Part shown: one piece after another, positions 1 to 14,118 of the stretch
Numbering within the stretch: position 1 is the first letter of the stretch
Layout: each line of letters opens with the position of its first letter
Source: Octopus vulgaris
Taxonomy: Eukaryota
Length of the DNA stretch: 64,000 nucleotides
Assembly: GCA_951406725.2 (NCBI GenBank)
Contig: OX597818.1
Span: forward strand, 22,010,001 to 22,074,000
Direction of reading: 5' to 3'
The notes under the pieces: generated by a model
What the model was told of the DNA's origin: nothing
What the model saw: the letters and a program-made list of their open reading frames with translations, nothing else
Databases searched by the model: none
Made by a program: the position numbers and the translations under genes

Positions 1-429
1 CTCAAAGGCATACATTTTGAGTGAAAGATGAAGTCAGTAAACTGGTGCTGTATTTTATCAACTATAGAAGGACAAAAGGCAGCGTCTGCCTCAGCAGGAT
101 TTGAACTTTGAAAGCAAAGGGATGAGACCTAACTACAAATCCTTTTGTCAAGTATTCTGTTATATCTGTTTACTGCCTTCAAACTAGTACAAATAATAAT
201 AATGTATTATATAAGCAAAAGACTTCAAATTTGCAGGTGGGGTATAGTCATTTATACTAACCCCAATACATGTCTTGTGCTTTTTTCATCAATCCCAGAA
301 AGATGAGAGACAAAGATAATCTCCCTGGGATTTGAACTCAGAACTTACAAGACTATATCCAAATACTAAATGCTACTAATAATACCAAAAGAATGTGGAC
401 ATTGATCGAAAGAATGTGAAACACTAAGA

Positions 430-540
430 CAAAAATGGACCCTGTTGTTATTGCCTATAGCTTCCAGTCAAACCACGTGCCAAGCAGTTGCAGAAAATTG
501 CACTCTGGAGAACAACTAACATTCTGAACATGTTTCTCAT
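430..540 (+). mobile_element. Possible tiny C-terminal relic of an R4/Dong-like RLE non-LTR element
   Basis: PVVIA and QLQKIALWRTTNIL resemble the PVVIG...LQKIALLGTAHIL terminus of such elements. Confidence 0.35.
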
Positions 541-1274
541 GGGATATAAACTTCATGTCTCTTGTTCAAACTTGGTTAATTTATAAAAACACCAGTATGC
601 ATGCTGTGAAATGTAAACAGAGATACCACCAAAAATATCATTTAACACAAGGTCCACAGAATTTGAGAGAGAGTATAGCCAGTTATATTAACACCAGTCA
701 ATAACCAGCTGGTTCTATATTCTATTTTAACAAACACCAAAATTTGATGCAAGATTTGAACTCAGAACATAAAGGAACATAACTAGATACTGCAGAACAT
801 TTTGTCTTGTGCTCTTTCTATAGCATGTAATACCTAATATGTATTTCTAATATTTGGTATGAAGCCATATACTTTGGGGAAGAGTTATGCCCAAATAATC
901 AATTATCATTACCATCATTATTGGCAAAGATATTCATATTTCATACAATTTAAACTGATCTTTAAACAACTGCAATACCTGATTAATTCTTATTCTATAA
1001 GACTGAACTGAACAGTAAAATTGAACTTAAGAAATTAAGTAATTTTGTTTGTTCATCACTCTTCCATTTCTACTATCTGGTATATAGTGAATTATTATTA
1101 TAATGTATGTCTAGCACTTATTTTATCAACTTTGTAGCAATAAAAGGCAATACTGACACTGGCAGAGTTTGAACTCAGAATGTAGAAAAATAACACTGAA
1201 ATACTGAGTGGTGCCTGATCCATAACTCCTCTTGTTCCATTCCACCACTTTCTTTACCATTGATGCTTTGTATT

Positions 1275-1473
1275 ATAAGCACAGAGCCTGAACATGGGGG
1301 GAGGGGACAGTCAATTGCATCAACCCCAGTGCTTAATTAGTACTTACTTTATAGACTCCAGAAGGATGAAAGACTAAGTTGACCTTGGTGGGATTTGAAC
1401 TCAGAGCACAAAACCAGAAGAAATGCTGCTAAGCATTGTGTCCAGCATGCCTATGATTCTGCCAGCTCATTAC
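1275..1473 (-). mobile_element. Octopus-type tRNA-derived SINE (family A); many decayed copies at 1-3.4 kb and 23.5-25.1 kb
   Basis: Reverse complement of the 25171 element: ...tctgagttcaaatccc...gtcaac...cttttcatcc...aagtac...ctggggt. Confidence 0.75.
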
Positions 1474-3669
1474 TCTTTTCTTAACCAATAATAAGAATGA
1501 TAATCATAATCATAATGATTTCTAATATAGACTACATTTTTCTACAAGACTACATTTTTCTACTTTAATCTATCCCAGTAATTAACTGGTGCCTATTTTA
1601 TTGACTTGGGAAGTATGAAATGAGAATAAGTTGGTCCCAGCAGAATTTGAAATCAGAATGTAGAAGCACATTATGAAATACTGCTAGTCTTAATGTTTTA
1701 CTACAGATTTCACTACTACCCTTCCTATTATAATAAAGTTAAGTATTTTTAACAAATGTTGGAGAAAGGTGGAGTCAATTAAATGACCTCAATGCTTGGC
1801 TGTTACTTATTTTGTTGAAAGCAAAGATGATGCTAGCAAGATTTGAAATGTATTAATAAAGATGATGAGGAGGAGGGTTTTGTTTCTAGGGCACTAGACC
1901 TATTTTTTAGAGTCAGTTGAACCAATCAGTTAATTAAAGTATCATAATTGTTGGGTTGTAGCTGCAAATGGTGATGGTAGTTGGGGTTTTTTTTAGGAGT
2001 GATAATTATAGTAGATCATCAAATATTTTATTTCAGCAAAATGGTAATTTTTTATAAGGGTGGAGGGTCATAGTTAACTAAGTACAGCATCTTTATATCA
2101 CTGGTATTTAATTTATGAATTCTTATGGGAACTATGATTGCAGAATATAGAGAGATGAAACTAAATATTACAAATTATTTAGCCTTGTGCTCTTATCTAT
2201 GACCTGAGTCAATAGGATATTAAATAATTTATGGTGGAAGTCAGTAGTTCATAATCTATCACTGATACTGTTTGTGTATGTGTGGGTGGGGCCAGTCTAG
2301 TCCAGCTAGCATCTCTAAATTAGATGCTCTAGTTGTAAGTAAAAGGCTGTACAAGTATTGCAGGGGTGAAATTAAAAGCATCTTTTAGTGAAGAAAGCTA
2401 GCTCTAATAAACTCCAGTAGGAGATTTACATCTCAATTGCTTAATCACTACAGAAACAGAAACAGAATGCAAACTTTAGCTCTTTTTATTTAAAAAAATG
2501 ATTGATTAGCTTGTTCTTTTTTGCAGCTGACTTATGAACCCAGCTAAAGCTAGTGATGACTAACTGGTGGTGACAAATTTAAGATTTTCTGTCCATCACC
2601 ACTAGACGTAAAAAAAAAAACACTTGAGAGGTTGGGTGACAGTTTGCTTTCTTGGAATATTTCAATTCATTTCATTCTTAGACATACAACCAGAAATGTT
2701 TAGGGTAAGAGTAAAAGAGGCTCCTATATTTTGACTGGTATTTTGCTGGTACTTTATTTTATTGGTCCCTTAGAAAGAGGAAAGGCCAAGTTATTCTCTT
2801 GTAAGAATTGGACTCAGATATTTAAATATCTGAAAACATTTAGGCCAATGCAGTACCGATTCTACTATCCATCACCTTTATTTCAATTAATATTTTAATT
2901 TGGTGTATTTAATTATTTATATCTTCAAAATGAGTCAGAGTTTTGAAAGGAAGAAGTAAGAGAAGTAATACCAACAATAATAACTATCTGAAAATGTGAC
3001 TTCTTTTTTAACCTCCTTCTTTCTCTTTTTACTTTTTCTATCTATGTTGTTCTTGGTTGTTTTTTCCTTTTCTCCTTCAGCTACTCCATTGACCTGTTAC
3101 CATCCTATCTCCTGAGTTCTCCTACCACCATATATACACAGACAGACATAGCTTCAGTAGCAAAGCCATCATCCCTGTAATGTGTTATGACTGTTCTCTG
3201 TGTGTATAAGTGGGAGAAGTGAAAGAGGGCAGAAAGGAGTAGTAAATTAGTTAGCTGATATTATTGTTAATATTATTGGCAGGATCATTAGGATGTGGGA
3301 AAAAATGCCTTGTGGTATATTTAGAAATGGTTCTTTAGATTCTCATTTCAGATCTCACTGAGGTCAATTTTACCTTTTATGCTTCTAGGGTCAGTGAAAT
3401 GAAGTATTTGTGAAAGGTTGAAGGTGAATTACTTCTACTCTCTCCTTCCACTTGTACCCTAGTCAGAAAGCACCATCATCTGGAGTTACTGACCTTTTAG
3501 GTAGTCAGAGACCATGTCTTGCTCACATATTCCATTTTTTAGCAGGGTTTCAATAGCTGGATGCCCTTCATATCATCAACCACTGTAACTTTAGTACTAG
3601 AGAGGCTGTCTTGTACCTGGCAAAGCTAAAGAGTCCCCCAGAGAAATAGGCTAATAATTTTTAGCATCT

Positions 3670-4800
3670 GCTCTGCTTTCTCCTTTATAGGATAGGGCTT
3701 ATTATTTATTCTTTTAATTTTGGGGGAAGTTAGTCACAAGCAATGGAAGCTCCAGAAGAGCTTTCTTTTTCCAAGTGTTTTCCTTAAATGAATCACTGGA
3801 AAATGACCAAAGTCTATTGCTGAGTTCAACTTCATCTCATCAGTGGCCAATATTACACTATCCTCTTTTATGTAAATGGGGTTGGTGGTTGCCTCTCCCT
3901 TATGTAAAGTTGCAGAGTTGAACAACTCACCAGACTTATTTATTTGTGTATCTCACACTGCAAATGTTTTCGCAAATACGTAGAAAACTTTAGAAGTTCA
4001 TTTTTATATTTCCCTATCTTTTTAATGAGATAGTCTGAGTTTTTCGATCTCTGAAAGTACCTTGTATAAGTGGGACTTCTCTCTGTCATTAAATTGTTTA
4101 TTTAAGTGAATTATGATCTTTTTGAAATGATTTCCTGTCAGCTTTGTTGAAGTTTAAGTTGGACAGGGTTACACATCTTTGATTTACCTCCAATCATAAT
4201 TGTCAATTCTATTGTTATGATTCTAAGAAAATCTTTGACATCACTTCAAACTGCCAATTATGTTTCATGTTATAGTGAAGCAGAAGGCTAAAATGTTGTT
4301 GCTCCTGGTGGGTAAAGTATTATTTGTTCTATGAACATCGTTTTTAGTGAGATTAAAATTTTGTTCATGATATAATATTCCTGATATTGTTTTCGAGATA
4401 TTTGATGTTTGGGAAGTTGAAGTCACCCATGATCTAGTTTAGTTAGTACTTCTTAGATTATTCTAAAGTTTTTCTCAAATTTACCATTAATTTTGAGATG
4501 TCAGGTCTACGATATGCTGTACATAGTGAGTTGCTGTGTGTACTACAAGTGTATCACAGACATTTTGAATATGACAAGGTTAATGATGGCAACTCTACCA
4601 TGACTTCTTTCTTTCCTGTCTGTGTAAAACACAACATATCTTGATACATGTAGCTCAGCAATTGCTATGTCTGTAGATAGAGACATTGCAGTAAGTGCTA
4701 TGCATATTGCTTGATAGTATGCAGAAAGATTTCTCAGGTACGGAATTTTGCTTCTGTTGTGGAGCTGTGGCAGGAATTGGTCCGACATTTTGTTTTATAT
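3670..4800 (-). mobile_element. Degenerate CR1/Jockey-type LINE ORF2 fragment (APE endonuclease domain)
   Basis: Minus-strand translations give APE motifs: KIPYLRNL...CIALT...TDRKERSHGRVAI, SLCTAYRRPD, IMGDFNFPNI (4401-4433) and PTRSNNIL. Many stops and frameshifts. Confidence 0.8.
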
Positions 4801-6342
4801 ATGTATTTGGTATTTATTTTGTAATTGACTCAAGTTGGATTATTTTCTATTCAACAAATAAATTTCAAGTTGTGCTCAAAAGTTTTGAGATGTAAAAAAA
4901 AGTCAAACAAAATTGTAAGATTGATATCGGTTACCTCCCTTAGAACATCTCATTTTAATATTGTGAACTAGATTATGCAACTTTAGTTTGATCTTTATAG
5001 GACTACTCTTATGAGTGTTAACGGTTTCGTGATTATTATTTTAACCAATTAAATAAATTACTTAATATTCTCTGCACTTGATGACTTTGCTTCTAACAGT
5101 ACATATATATATATATACAATTCCCATGTGAATATGACAGTTATTTGCAAACTTTTACCCCCATTTTTAGTCGTGATTTCTGCTTTTTACTGGGATGTAA
5201 ATTTCAGATTCACAAAGTCTTGAACTGTGTAACTTTATACTCTATTCGGTTGGATATTATCTTCAATATTTACATGTCAGTTGTCAAATATCAGAGATAA
5301 ATTAAATCCATAGCATTCCTTTATTAAGATCTCTTTGTACAGCACAACTAAGTTCAATTGTATATCAAGATGGTCCCTTAATTTGCCAGTATTAACAGCC
5401 ACATCTCATTAAAATCCCACCCTGCAGTGTTAGAAAATAGAAACTATATTATGTTGTTATAGATACTGTGTATGATAAGATTACTGAATGGAACTTCTTT
5501 GATCATAGGTTTATTCATGAACAGTGTCTTGGGGTTAAACAGCAGCAACAACTGTAGACCAACACCAATCATATCTTACTAAAAATACAGTCACCATAAG
5601 TTTTAACATTTGGTTATCTAGGTTACCATAAGTTTCAGACAGTTCTGCTATATATATCATATACTTACATCTATTGATCCTATGACACTTCATCTATGAG
5701 GGTCCAACAATCAAACTTTACTTTTCTATACATCTTCCTTGACCTTCCCTTTCTTTGTACACTCTATTTCCATCAAATGGCCATGTTAACACTGTCATCT
5801 CACGTTTATACATCAGCTAATGTATCAGGCATTGCATTGGGCAGAATTGGACAAAATGCCATACTATTTAGTTCTGGATTTTTACATTCTGATTCAAATC
5901 CTATTGAAGTCAAAACTACTTTCCATCCTTTCAGAATGGATAAAGTATTAGTCCAGTACTGGATTCGATTTAATTGACTAATACTTCAGGCTTCCTTAAG
6001 CAAGAGGCTACTGCTAAGAACCCTCAAATGAATCTTCTTTGTGCTTTAAGGTTGATGGGGATTTAAACTCCAATGACCACAGTTTTCTTGTGATTATCTA
6101 TGACTCTGAAAACAGTGTGGATTGGCAGAATCATTAGAACATCAGAAAACACAATGCAGTATTTGTTCCCAGTTCTTTACATTGTTAGTTCAAATCCCAC
6201 TGAGGATTCAAAAAGACAAAAGAGCAGCAGAAAAGACTCAAACTGCATATATATAATTAGCCAGATGATTAATAAAATATTTACTTTCTGTAAATTACCA
6301 AACTTCATCTTATATTTCCTTGTTCCTTTCGTTTCTTTACAG

Positions 6343-6457
6343 AGAATTATCATTTAGAAAAGGAGACGTTCTTTATCTTCACCATCGACTTGATAAGAAT
6401 TGGTTTGCTGGGGAGAAACACGGACGTTATGGCATCTTCCCATGCAGCTATGTTGAG
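6343..6457 (+). CDS. SORBS: SORBS/CAP/vinexin-family adaptor, exon encoding the C-terminal part of SH3 #1 (upstream exons not identified in the window)
   Basis: Pyrimidine tract with tacAG acceptor (6341-42), phase 2. Translates [38 protein letters not shown], with SH3 motifs ELSF, W and GIFPxxYV. GT donor at 6458 (phase 0) matches the next exon. Confidence 0.9.
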
Positions 6458-7079
6458 GTTGGTATAAAGTACATTGACATAATTTCATTTTCTTCCCTTT
6501 TAGCTTTTTTTTTTGGTTAACTTTTTATTCTTTTATTCTTGCTGTCTCTTACTTCATTCTTACTGCTTCAATGATTATAAGGGAAATACCTGAATGATAA
6601 GATAATGAACACTTGTAAGTTGAAACTCACCACTAGTTTTTTGTTGCTGTTTTGAAAGTGGAGATACTGTAACAAACTGTCAAATCCATGCCAACATAGA
6701 AAACAAGCATAAAAGGATGGTGGTGGTGGTGGTCTTTTGTCAGATTACAACACCTGCTGCAGGTGGCAATACAAAGGGAGCACTGGTTTGAAACCAGCAG
6801 CTGGTGTAGGGTTTGTGTGTGTGCGTATGTGTGTGTGCACACACGTGCGTACATGCATGTGTGCACATGCATACCTCACTTGTCAGTGATGTGTGTTAAT
6901 TTGTCAAAAAAATCTGATAAACCATTAAACACACATAAAATAGTAAAGAAAATTTAAATTCAATACTTTCTGCCTGATTATATAGCTAATAATGTAGTAT
7001 TATATTGAACATAATAGGAAGGTGTGGCATTTGTGATAAATCATAAAAGTTTGAAAATGTTTTTTCTTATTCAAATCTA

Positions 7080-7300
7080 TCAAAACTACTCCTCACATGC
7101 CCATGCACCGTTTCCACTTTGTGATTCTTTTACAGTTCACTTTTCTGTCTTGTTTTATCCTGTCTACTATGCATGCACTTATGGCTATCATTGCTGTCTT
7201 TTTTGTGTGGATTATTACTACTTTCTGTCCCTTCTGTTATCTTTTTCTGATGAGTTGTAGTTACTCCTGAGCACTGTATACAATAAGCTCATCATTTTAT
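7080..7300 (+). mobile_element. CR1-type 3'UTR/tail remnant
   Basis: gagttgtagttactcctgagcactgtatacaataa matches the 3' end of the CR1 element at 37620-37680 (-). Confidence 0.55.
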
Positions 7301-10039
7301 CAACCCTTGAATGATCACAGGCAAAGGCATGATTAGATCTCCAGCTATAGAGATACTGAATTCATTATGGCATGTACTCAAGTAGTCTAATACATCAGCC
7401 ACTCTCACTAACTTTCAAACTTTTCTATATTTTCTGTTGACTAGGCCTATATCTATTTTTCTGCAGAGGGGAAAGTATAGTCTGAAGAAACCACCCTATA
7501 TTTTAAATAACTTCATTATCAAATCTTGAGGGAGTAACTCTACTGTCTTTCAATAGTGTAGATACAACAGCCTAATTTTCTTCAAGTGACACTCTACTAT
7601 CTTAAAATGAGAAGGATACATTAGATTATATATCCTTGGATGAACAAGGCCTGAAAAAAGTGCTTTAAACATAGGTTCATTTAAGGCTAACCTGGGGTTA
7701 AACCATAGCTCTACAAGGATGAAAATCAAATCCAAGCTAAATATTGCTTTTCTCTTCATAATCAACTAGCCCTATCCCTTACAAACCCATGCAGGTGGTT
7801 GTAAGAGATAGGTCTAGATATGTCAATCTCTTAGTGTATTACTATATTATTTACAAATGGTTCTGACTTAAATTTAGTTGTTTCCTATCACAGGCAGTCT
7901 GCTACTACTAGCATATCAAATGAGTGTACAGGCCATTGACCCAATAAGAGAGCCTGTACGTAGTCAATCATCTAGAAATAGCAGCTAATATTCCTATATC
8001 ACACACTACTGGTGTCTCCCCCACCCACTTCCAAGGAAGTGGACATATCAGAATATATAATCTGAGATTAACTATAATTGAAAAGACAAGATGGTCATGG
8101 CTAGATAACTTTGATCAAAAATCTGTTTGATCTGAATTCACTTTACCTTACCTAAACAATAACAGCAACTACATATGGGTGAAATGTAAAGCTAAGATAT
8201 AATGGACTGAGAATGTTGAAGGATGAAATTAAATCATAAAAAATAGCATTCACTCCCTTCCTTGTACTGTTTCTATCAAGTAATTAATTCTTCACATTGT
8301 CATGGAGAAATTGGTCTGAGTATATTACTAGTATTTATTTTATTCATCCCAGACAGATGAAAGGTATAGCTAGCTCCAATGGGATTTAAAGTAAAAAAAC
8401 AGCTCATGTAAGTACACAGTAAATATTGCAAGGCATTTAATCATCCTACTCCTACACTGTCTTTTATAACATACAAGAGTCTTAGCCAAAGAAGGAACCT
8501 CTACACGGTTTTTCTTATCTAAAAACATCAGCCAAACCACATCTGACCATTATCAAAATGGAACAATACACAATGTAGTCCTAGTTATATTGTTTGATGA
8601 AGGGATGTGTTTATCACAATTATGGTGTTTTTCATTATAGGTCTACATAATCAGGGCTGTTCTAGGGCTGAATATCAACAACAAAATTAAGAAAGGAATC
8701 TTTTGTATTTGAGGAAGGTAGCCACCTAATGATGGTGGAAACTGATGCTGTAAAACATTAGTAAGAATTCGTTAGGACTAAAGAAGCTGTCCACTTGAGC
8801 ATATCGTGTTCAATGTTGAATGTGCTGTGTTGTTGCATACCTGATGATAACATATAACCTAATAAACCCAACCAATATCTAGAACCTGTCCCAACTGAGA
8901 CAAGTGGCAGAACATTCCAAGGTGATCTGGTACCTACTCCCAATAGTTATAGGAATTAAGATAATGTAGAATTAAGCATTTTGCACAGAAACATACAAAA
9001 TTAAATAAAATAAAATTCCAGCTACATATTTGTGCTCATAACCTGTTAGCAGTTAATCTTCTCACCTATGATGTAACAAAATATTGATTTTTATTATTGG
9101 TATATGGCCATACATTTTGGATGATGACACATTCAGTTAATTAAAACAACTCTAGTACACATAAGTGATGTCTATTTTATCGACTTCAGAAGGAAGCTGA
9201 ACTCTGACTAAAGGGACATAACTCGATAGCACAAGGAATTTGGTCTACCACTCGACTAGTGCTCTATCAATTCTGCTTAACTATTATTTACTTGTTGGTA
9301 TTTGAAGTCTGAATGGAAAAGGAAATAATTAAATAGCTAACACAAGACATTTGATCCACCACTACCAATTTCTTAAAAAGGCACAAAGAAGGCCACAGCA
9401 TTTTTTTTATTAAATGGTTGTTTTAGAAGAATTAATTCAAAAGCTGAATTTGTTTTAATTATGAAATGAAATATTAAAATTCAATGTTCCTAAATGTGTT
9501 AAAGCTTTCTCTCTTTGAAATAGGCTTCATAATCTATCTCTACAATGCAACTTTGTGAATTCCTTAGCCACACACACGCACACAAGAGCTCATAGAGCAT
9601 CAATACTGAAATAATTCCCCCATAGTCTTAGGTCTTAGATCTATCACAACCCTATAGGATCATGAGGCTGGAGCTTATCCCGGCTTCTGTTATGTGTAAA
9701 CAAGCAAGAGTACAATACACCTTCCTGAACTGGACACACCAAGCCATTGCTGGTAACCATTTTCAGCTGAATGAACTGGATCAACATGAAGGAAATGGTT
9801 GCTCAAGGACAGTATGTGAGACTTGAGCTGGAAATCAAAGACACAACCTTGTGACCAGGGGTCTAACGCCCTAACCACTAACCTATGCACTTCCACATAG
9901 TAGTACTATAACTAAGATTCTTCTAAAACCATATCACTTCTGGTAATGTGTGCCAACAAATGTATGGCTGATTTTACTTTATAAGTCAGTAAATAAGGTG
10001 TGTCATAGTTATTAATCATTACTTGTTTATTCATTACAG

Positions 10040-10150
10040 GTATTAACTTCAATAGAAGCAGCCAATGCAGCAGCTTTGCAAGCTGAAGGCCAGGCCCGTG
10101 CAAAGTATAATTTTGTGGCTCAGACATCTGTGGAGTTGTCTTTGAAAAAG
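10040..10150 (+). CDS. SORBS: SORBS-family exon: linker and start of SH3 #2
   Basis: ttacAG acceptor and GTAATT donor; 111 nt, phase 0-0. Translates VLTSIEAANAAALQAEGQARAKYNFVAQTSVELSLKK. Confidence 0.92.
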
Positions 10151-10944
10151 GTAATTCTTATGCAAATGTGTGAAAATATTTTGAACTTATCACTGCTTCT
10201 TTATTTTATTTATTTACATGTGCACCCACACAATTTGTACACACACACACACACACACATTTTTGAGAATTGCTTTTTCATGGCATAAGACTTAAGTGAA
10301 GTTTATCTATTGTAATAAATATTTGCTGTATAATACATATTGATTTCTCCTCATTTTATCCATGATATTGTTTTGTAATACTGCCTGCATACCTAATAAC
10401 ACACATATGTATGCATATGTACGGACACACATAGGCATACCTCAAATACTAAAGCTTGGATATACCTTAGGTTGACTATATAAATGAAATGACAGATAGA
10501 GTAACCAAAAATGCTACTTAAAATGTTTTTTGAATGATCATGTTAGTATACTAAGATTGAGATAAATTTATATATACGCACGTTTCCTAGTCTCCTGAAT
10601 ACATTCACAAAGCAAATATCTTGCAATAACAACAATGAATCATTAGCTGAAACATTGACCAGTTTTTTCTATCTACCAGCATTTCCTCTATCTGCCAGTG
10701 GAGGTGACAGACAAATAAGACAAATATATAGGAACATATAAATAATTATAAATGTGAAATCTTATTTGTGAAGCATGAGAATTTCAATAATGCAATTGTT
10801 AATACATGCCCGGTTCGCAATGCAGATGATAATACCAAAAAGATAACACATATTTTAAATTCTTAACTGTCAGTATATATTTTTTTTCTGTTTTTGTGTT
10901 TCAGATAAATATCCTTACTATGTAATTTTTTCCTCTTCTTCTAG

Positions 10945-11107
10945 GGTGACCTGATTACCTTATTACGCAAAGTTGATGAGAACTGGCTTGAAGGCCGCAT
11001 TGGTTCAAGGCAGGGTATATTCCCTATTAGTTATGTTGAAGTGATGAGGCAGCCATCTACTCCACTGGTAACCCCTGCACCGTCAGTAATATGTACACCA
11101 ATGACAG
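10945..11107 (+). CDS. SORBS: SORBS-family exon: remainder of SH3 #2 (missed by the ORF track)
   Basis: tcctcttcttctAG acceptor. Translates [54 protein letters not shown]. Donor CAG|GTAGCT, phase 1. Confidence 0.92.
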
Positions 11108-12159
11108 GTAGCTATTACTATTACATAATATTTCCAACAGTTACAATTATTAATGTGCTGTAGGTTGATAGTAATGACTTTAATAATATATAATTGCCTA
11201 TGTAATCACATTTACTTTAGAGAAAGTCCTAGTCATTGACTGGCTGACATTAAGGAAAACCAGAAAGCATATACTGCAACAAATTTTAGAAAATATTAAT
11301 ATTTAAGTGCCAATCAACCTTAGAAAAATTATGCTAGTTTTGGAAATTCATCAGAATTCTACTTTTGGAAGATAATCAAAAATTATTAAATTACTGGAAT
11401 GTTATCAAAAATTACAATATATCTTGGAGGATCATCAATGATTTTAACTGATCACTGTGAAAAATATACAGAGGTTGTCAGTCCTCATTATGAGTATTTT
11501 CTGTTTGTTTTACATCTCATTCTTCCATGCAGATTTGGCTGCATAGTTAAGAAGTTCACAATACTAGTATTTCAATAGATATTTGTCCAAACATATTTGA
11601 TGCTTGTCAGTAGATGCAATGTTAAAATAGTATTGGTACCTTGTCTAAGTTAGTCTTACATTACACATACACAAGCTCAGTCAAGTTGCCAGGTATTTTG
11701 TAAAACTCCAGATGCTCTGATGATGCACCCAAGTATATATACATACATAGGTGACTGAAAATATATACATGTTTTTTAACTTTTGGTTTTTCAGTAAGAC
11801 AGACTGTTATCTTGATTCATTTCTAAATGTCACTATACTGTACCCAGAACTTAACCATGTAATGATTGTATTTAGTTACCCACTCCTCACACTTTTTGCT
11901 CCCTAAGAAATTTCATTGGTGGCATTCTGTTCTCAATGCTACTGTAGAATTAGCTGATTTTTGAATAGCTGCTCCAAGTTCTACATATATGTTCTCTGAT
12001 CACTGGGATTTTTTCTGATGATGTCAACACAGTAGATGGATGTGTTTCATCAGGTATCTCACACAGGACTAAACTCCTTACTTTCTCAATTGCATCTTGG
12101 GTTTTTTGTCTTTTTCTTGTTCAGTTATAATACTCTTATGTTGGGACAATATTTTGTAC

Positions 12160-12515
12160 TTGTTTCAGTCATTAAACCGTGGCCATGCTGGGGCACCACC
12201 TTGAAGAATTTTTAGTTGAACAAATTCACCTCAGTACTTATTTTTAAGCCTGGTACTTATTCTATCAGTCTCTTTTGCCAAGCTGTTAAGTTACAGGGAC
12301 ATAAACAAACCATGACTAGTTGTCAAGTGGCGACAGGGGACAAATACACACACAATGGGTTTCTTTCAGTTTTCACCTACTAAATCCACTAACAAGGCTT
12401 TAGTTGGCCTAAGGCTATAGTAGAAGATACTTGCCCTAAGTGCCATGCAGTGGGACTGAACCCAGAACCATGTGGTTGGGAAACTAATTTTTTACTATAC
12501 ATCCACACCTGCACC
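12160..12515 (-). mobile_element. SINE family B
   Basis: Reverse complement of the 27434 element (ggttcagtcccactgc..ggcac, ctactatagcc, gtggattt, aactgaaagaa, ggtgc.ccagcatggcc). Confidence 0.8.
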
Positions 12516-12734
12516 AATTAGTTGGCCACACTCAAGACATTGACTACTGAAAAATGATTTGAAAATACTGAGACCGAAATATCTCTTGATATTTATATCT
12601 CTTCATTCACTTGGCACCATTCAAACTAGTTTGTGCAGTCAGATTAATTGTGTGTACCACCTTCAGTCATTGACTTGAAAAACATTACTAATATCTTCCA
12701 TTACATTAATTAGTTAATTTTTTCATCATTTTAG

Positions 12735-13098
12735 CTACCCCAGAAATGCTATCACCAGTTGGATTTGATGCTCCCACGCCGCCACCACAACCCTCACCAA
12801 GTGCCTTCAATTACCAAAGACCTGGATATCTCTCACACCTGCAGAGTCCACCAGTAATCAGTCCTTCTGTCTCCAAAACTGTTTTCTCCACCCCAACTCA
12901 ACGCTACCAACAAACAAATTATAATGACCATGCCAACATTATGAACTCTCTGGAGAGCCAAATTATTTCTCCGAAAACAAAACAAAGTCCAAGTGCTGGT
13001 CGTAAATCCATGTCCCCTATCAACAAAACTCCACCAGTTATTCAAACAGCAGCAAAACCGAAATTTACTCTTCCTGAAGATGATCTAGCTCTGAAAAC
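12735..13098 (+). CDS. SORBS: SORBS-family exon: Pro/Ser-rich linker between SH3 #2 and SH3 #3
   Basis: ttttAG acceptor, phase 1. Translates (A)TPEMLSPVGFDAPTPPPQPSP...FTLPEDDLALK. Donor AC|GTAAGT, phase 2. Confidence 0.88.
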
Positions 13099-14065
13099 GT
13101 AAGTTTCTTTTCACATTATGGAGTTTTTGCTTCAGATTACAATCAGATAATATTCATATAATGAATTGGGTTAAATTTTTTGCTTCAGATTGAAAAAAAA
13201 TCAAAGGAAAAATTCATTTGGTAAATTAAGCTTAAGAAATGCATATACTCTTCTAAAATTTCTAAAATTTGCCAAACCAGTTTTTAGAAGTACTCACCAA
13301 GGATTTAATTTTAAAAATTTAATTAAAAAATTTTTTAACCCTTTAAAAATGGAACTTAGTGATTCTTATAAAAAAAGTTGGCATCATGTTTATGTGATTA
13401 AGGTTATGATTCAAAATTTTCTAAAAATGATTTAAATCTCAATAAATGAAGAAAAGTATCAATATTTTTTGACATTGTATAAGTGTGTGTGTGTATGTGT
13501 TACTGGATCCAGCAGACTTGCAAAAGAAATTGTCAAGGCATCTTCGCCATCCACTGCATCCATCTCCATACTCACTTGTCTTGACCTGGCCTTGCCACTG
13601 GATTGAAAGATAGTCACACGCAAGAGAGTGAGGTTGATGGTGTGAATTGTGTGTACTGCTTACAGTTGCTCCACTCTATAAAGATCAGCGAAATAAAAAT
13701 ATCATACTTGGAAAACAAGTAAAGGTTGACAACAAGAAGGGCATCCAGTCATAAAATGTAGACTCAAATAATTCCCATCTAATCAATATTAGCATGGAAA
13801 AACAAATGAATAACTGTGTGTATAAAATAGCTGACATAATTGCTGGTTGTTTGAGATTTTCATTTTCACTTAATACCATGTAGATCGGAGAGGGAAAGTA
13901 ATTTACTTGGCACCATTTAAACAAGTATGTGCAATCAGATTAATTGTGTGTATTGTCTTCAGTCGCTGAGTTGAAAAATGCTACTGATATCTTTCACTAC
14001 ATTTATCAATTAACTAACGTGTTTCATTATTTTAGCTACCTGGAAATGCTTTCACCACAAATGAA

Positions 14066-14067
<2 letters not shown>

Positions 14068-14116
<49 letters not shown>
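14068..14116. repeat. (TG)n microsatellite
   Basis: Perfect TG run of about 24 units. Confidence 0.95.

Positions 14117-14118
<2 letters not shown>

Noticed and set aside
11717-11770. Hammerhead-like CTGATGA..cacc/ggtg..GAAA
   Set aside because: Stems I and III and the cleavage triplet cannot be formed convincingly.
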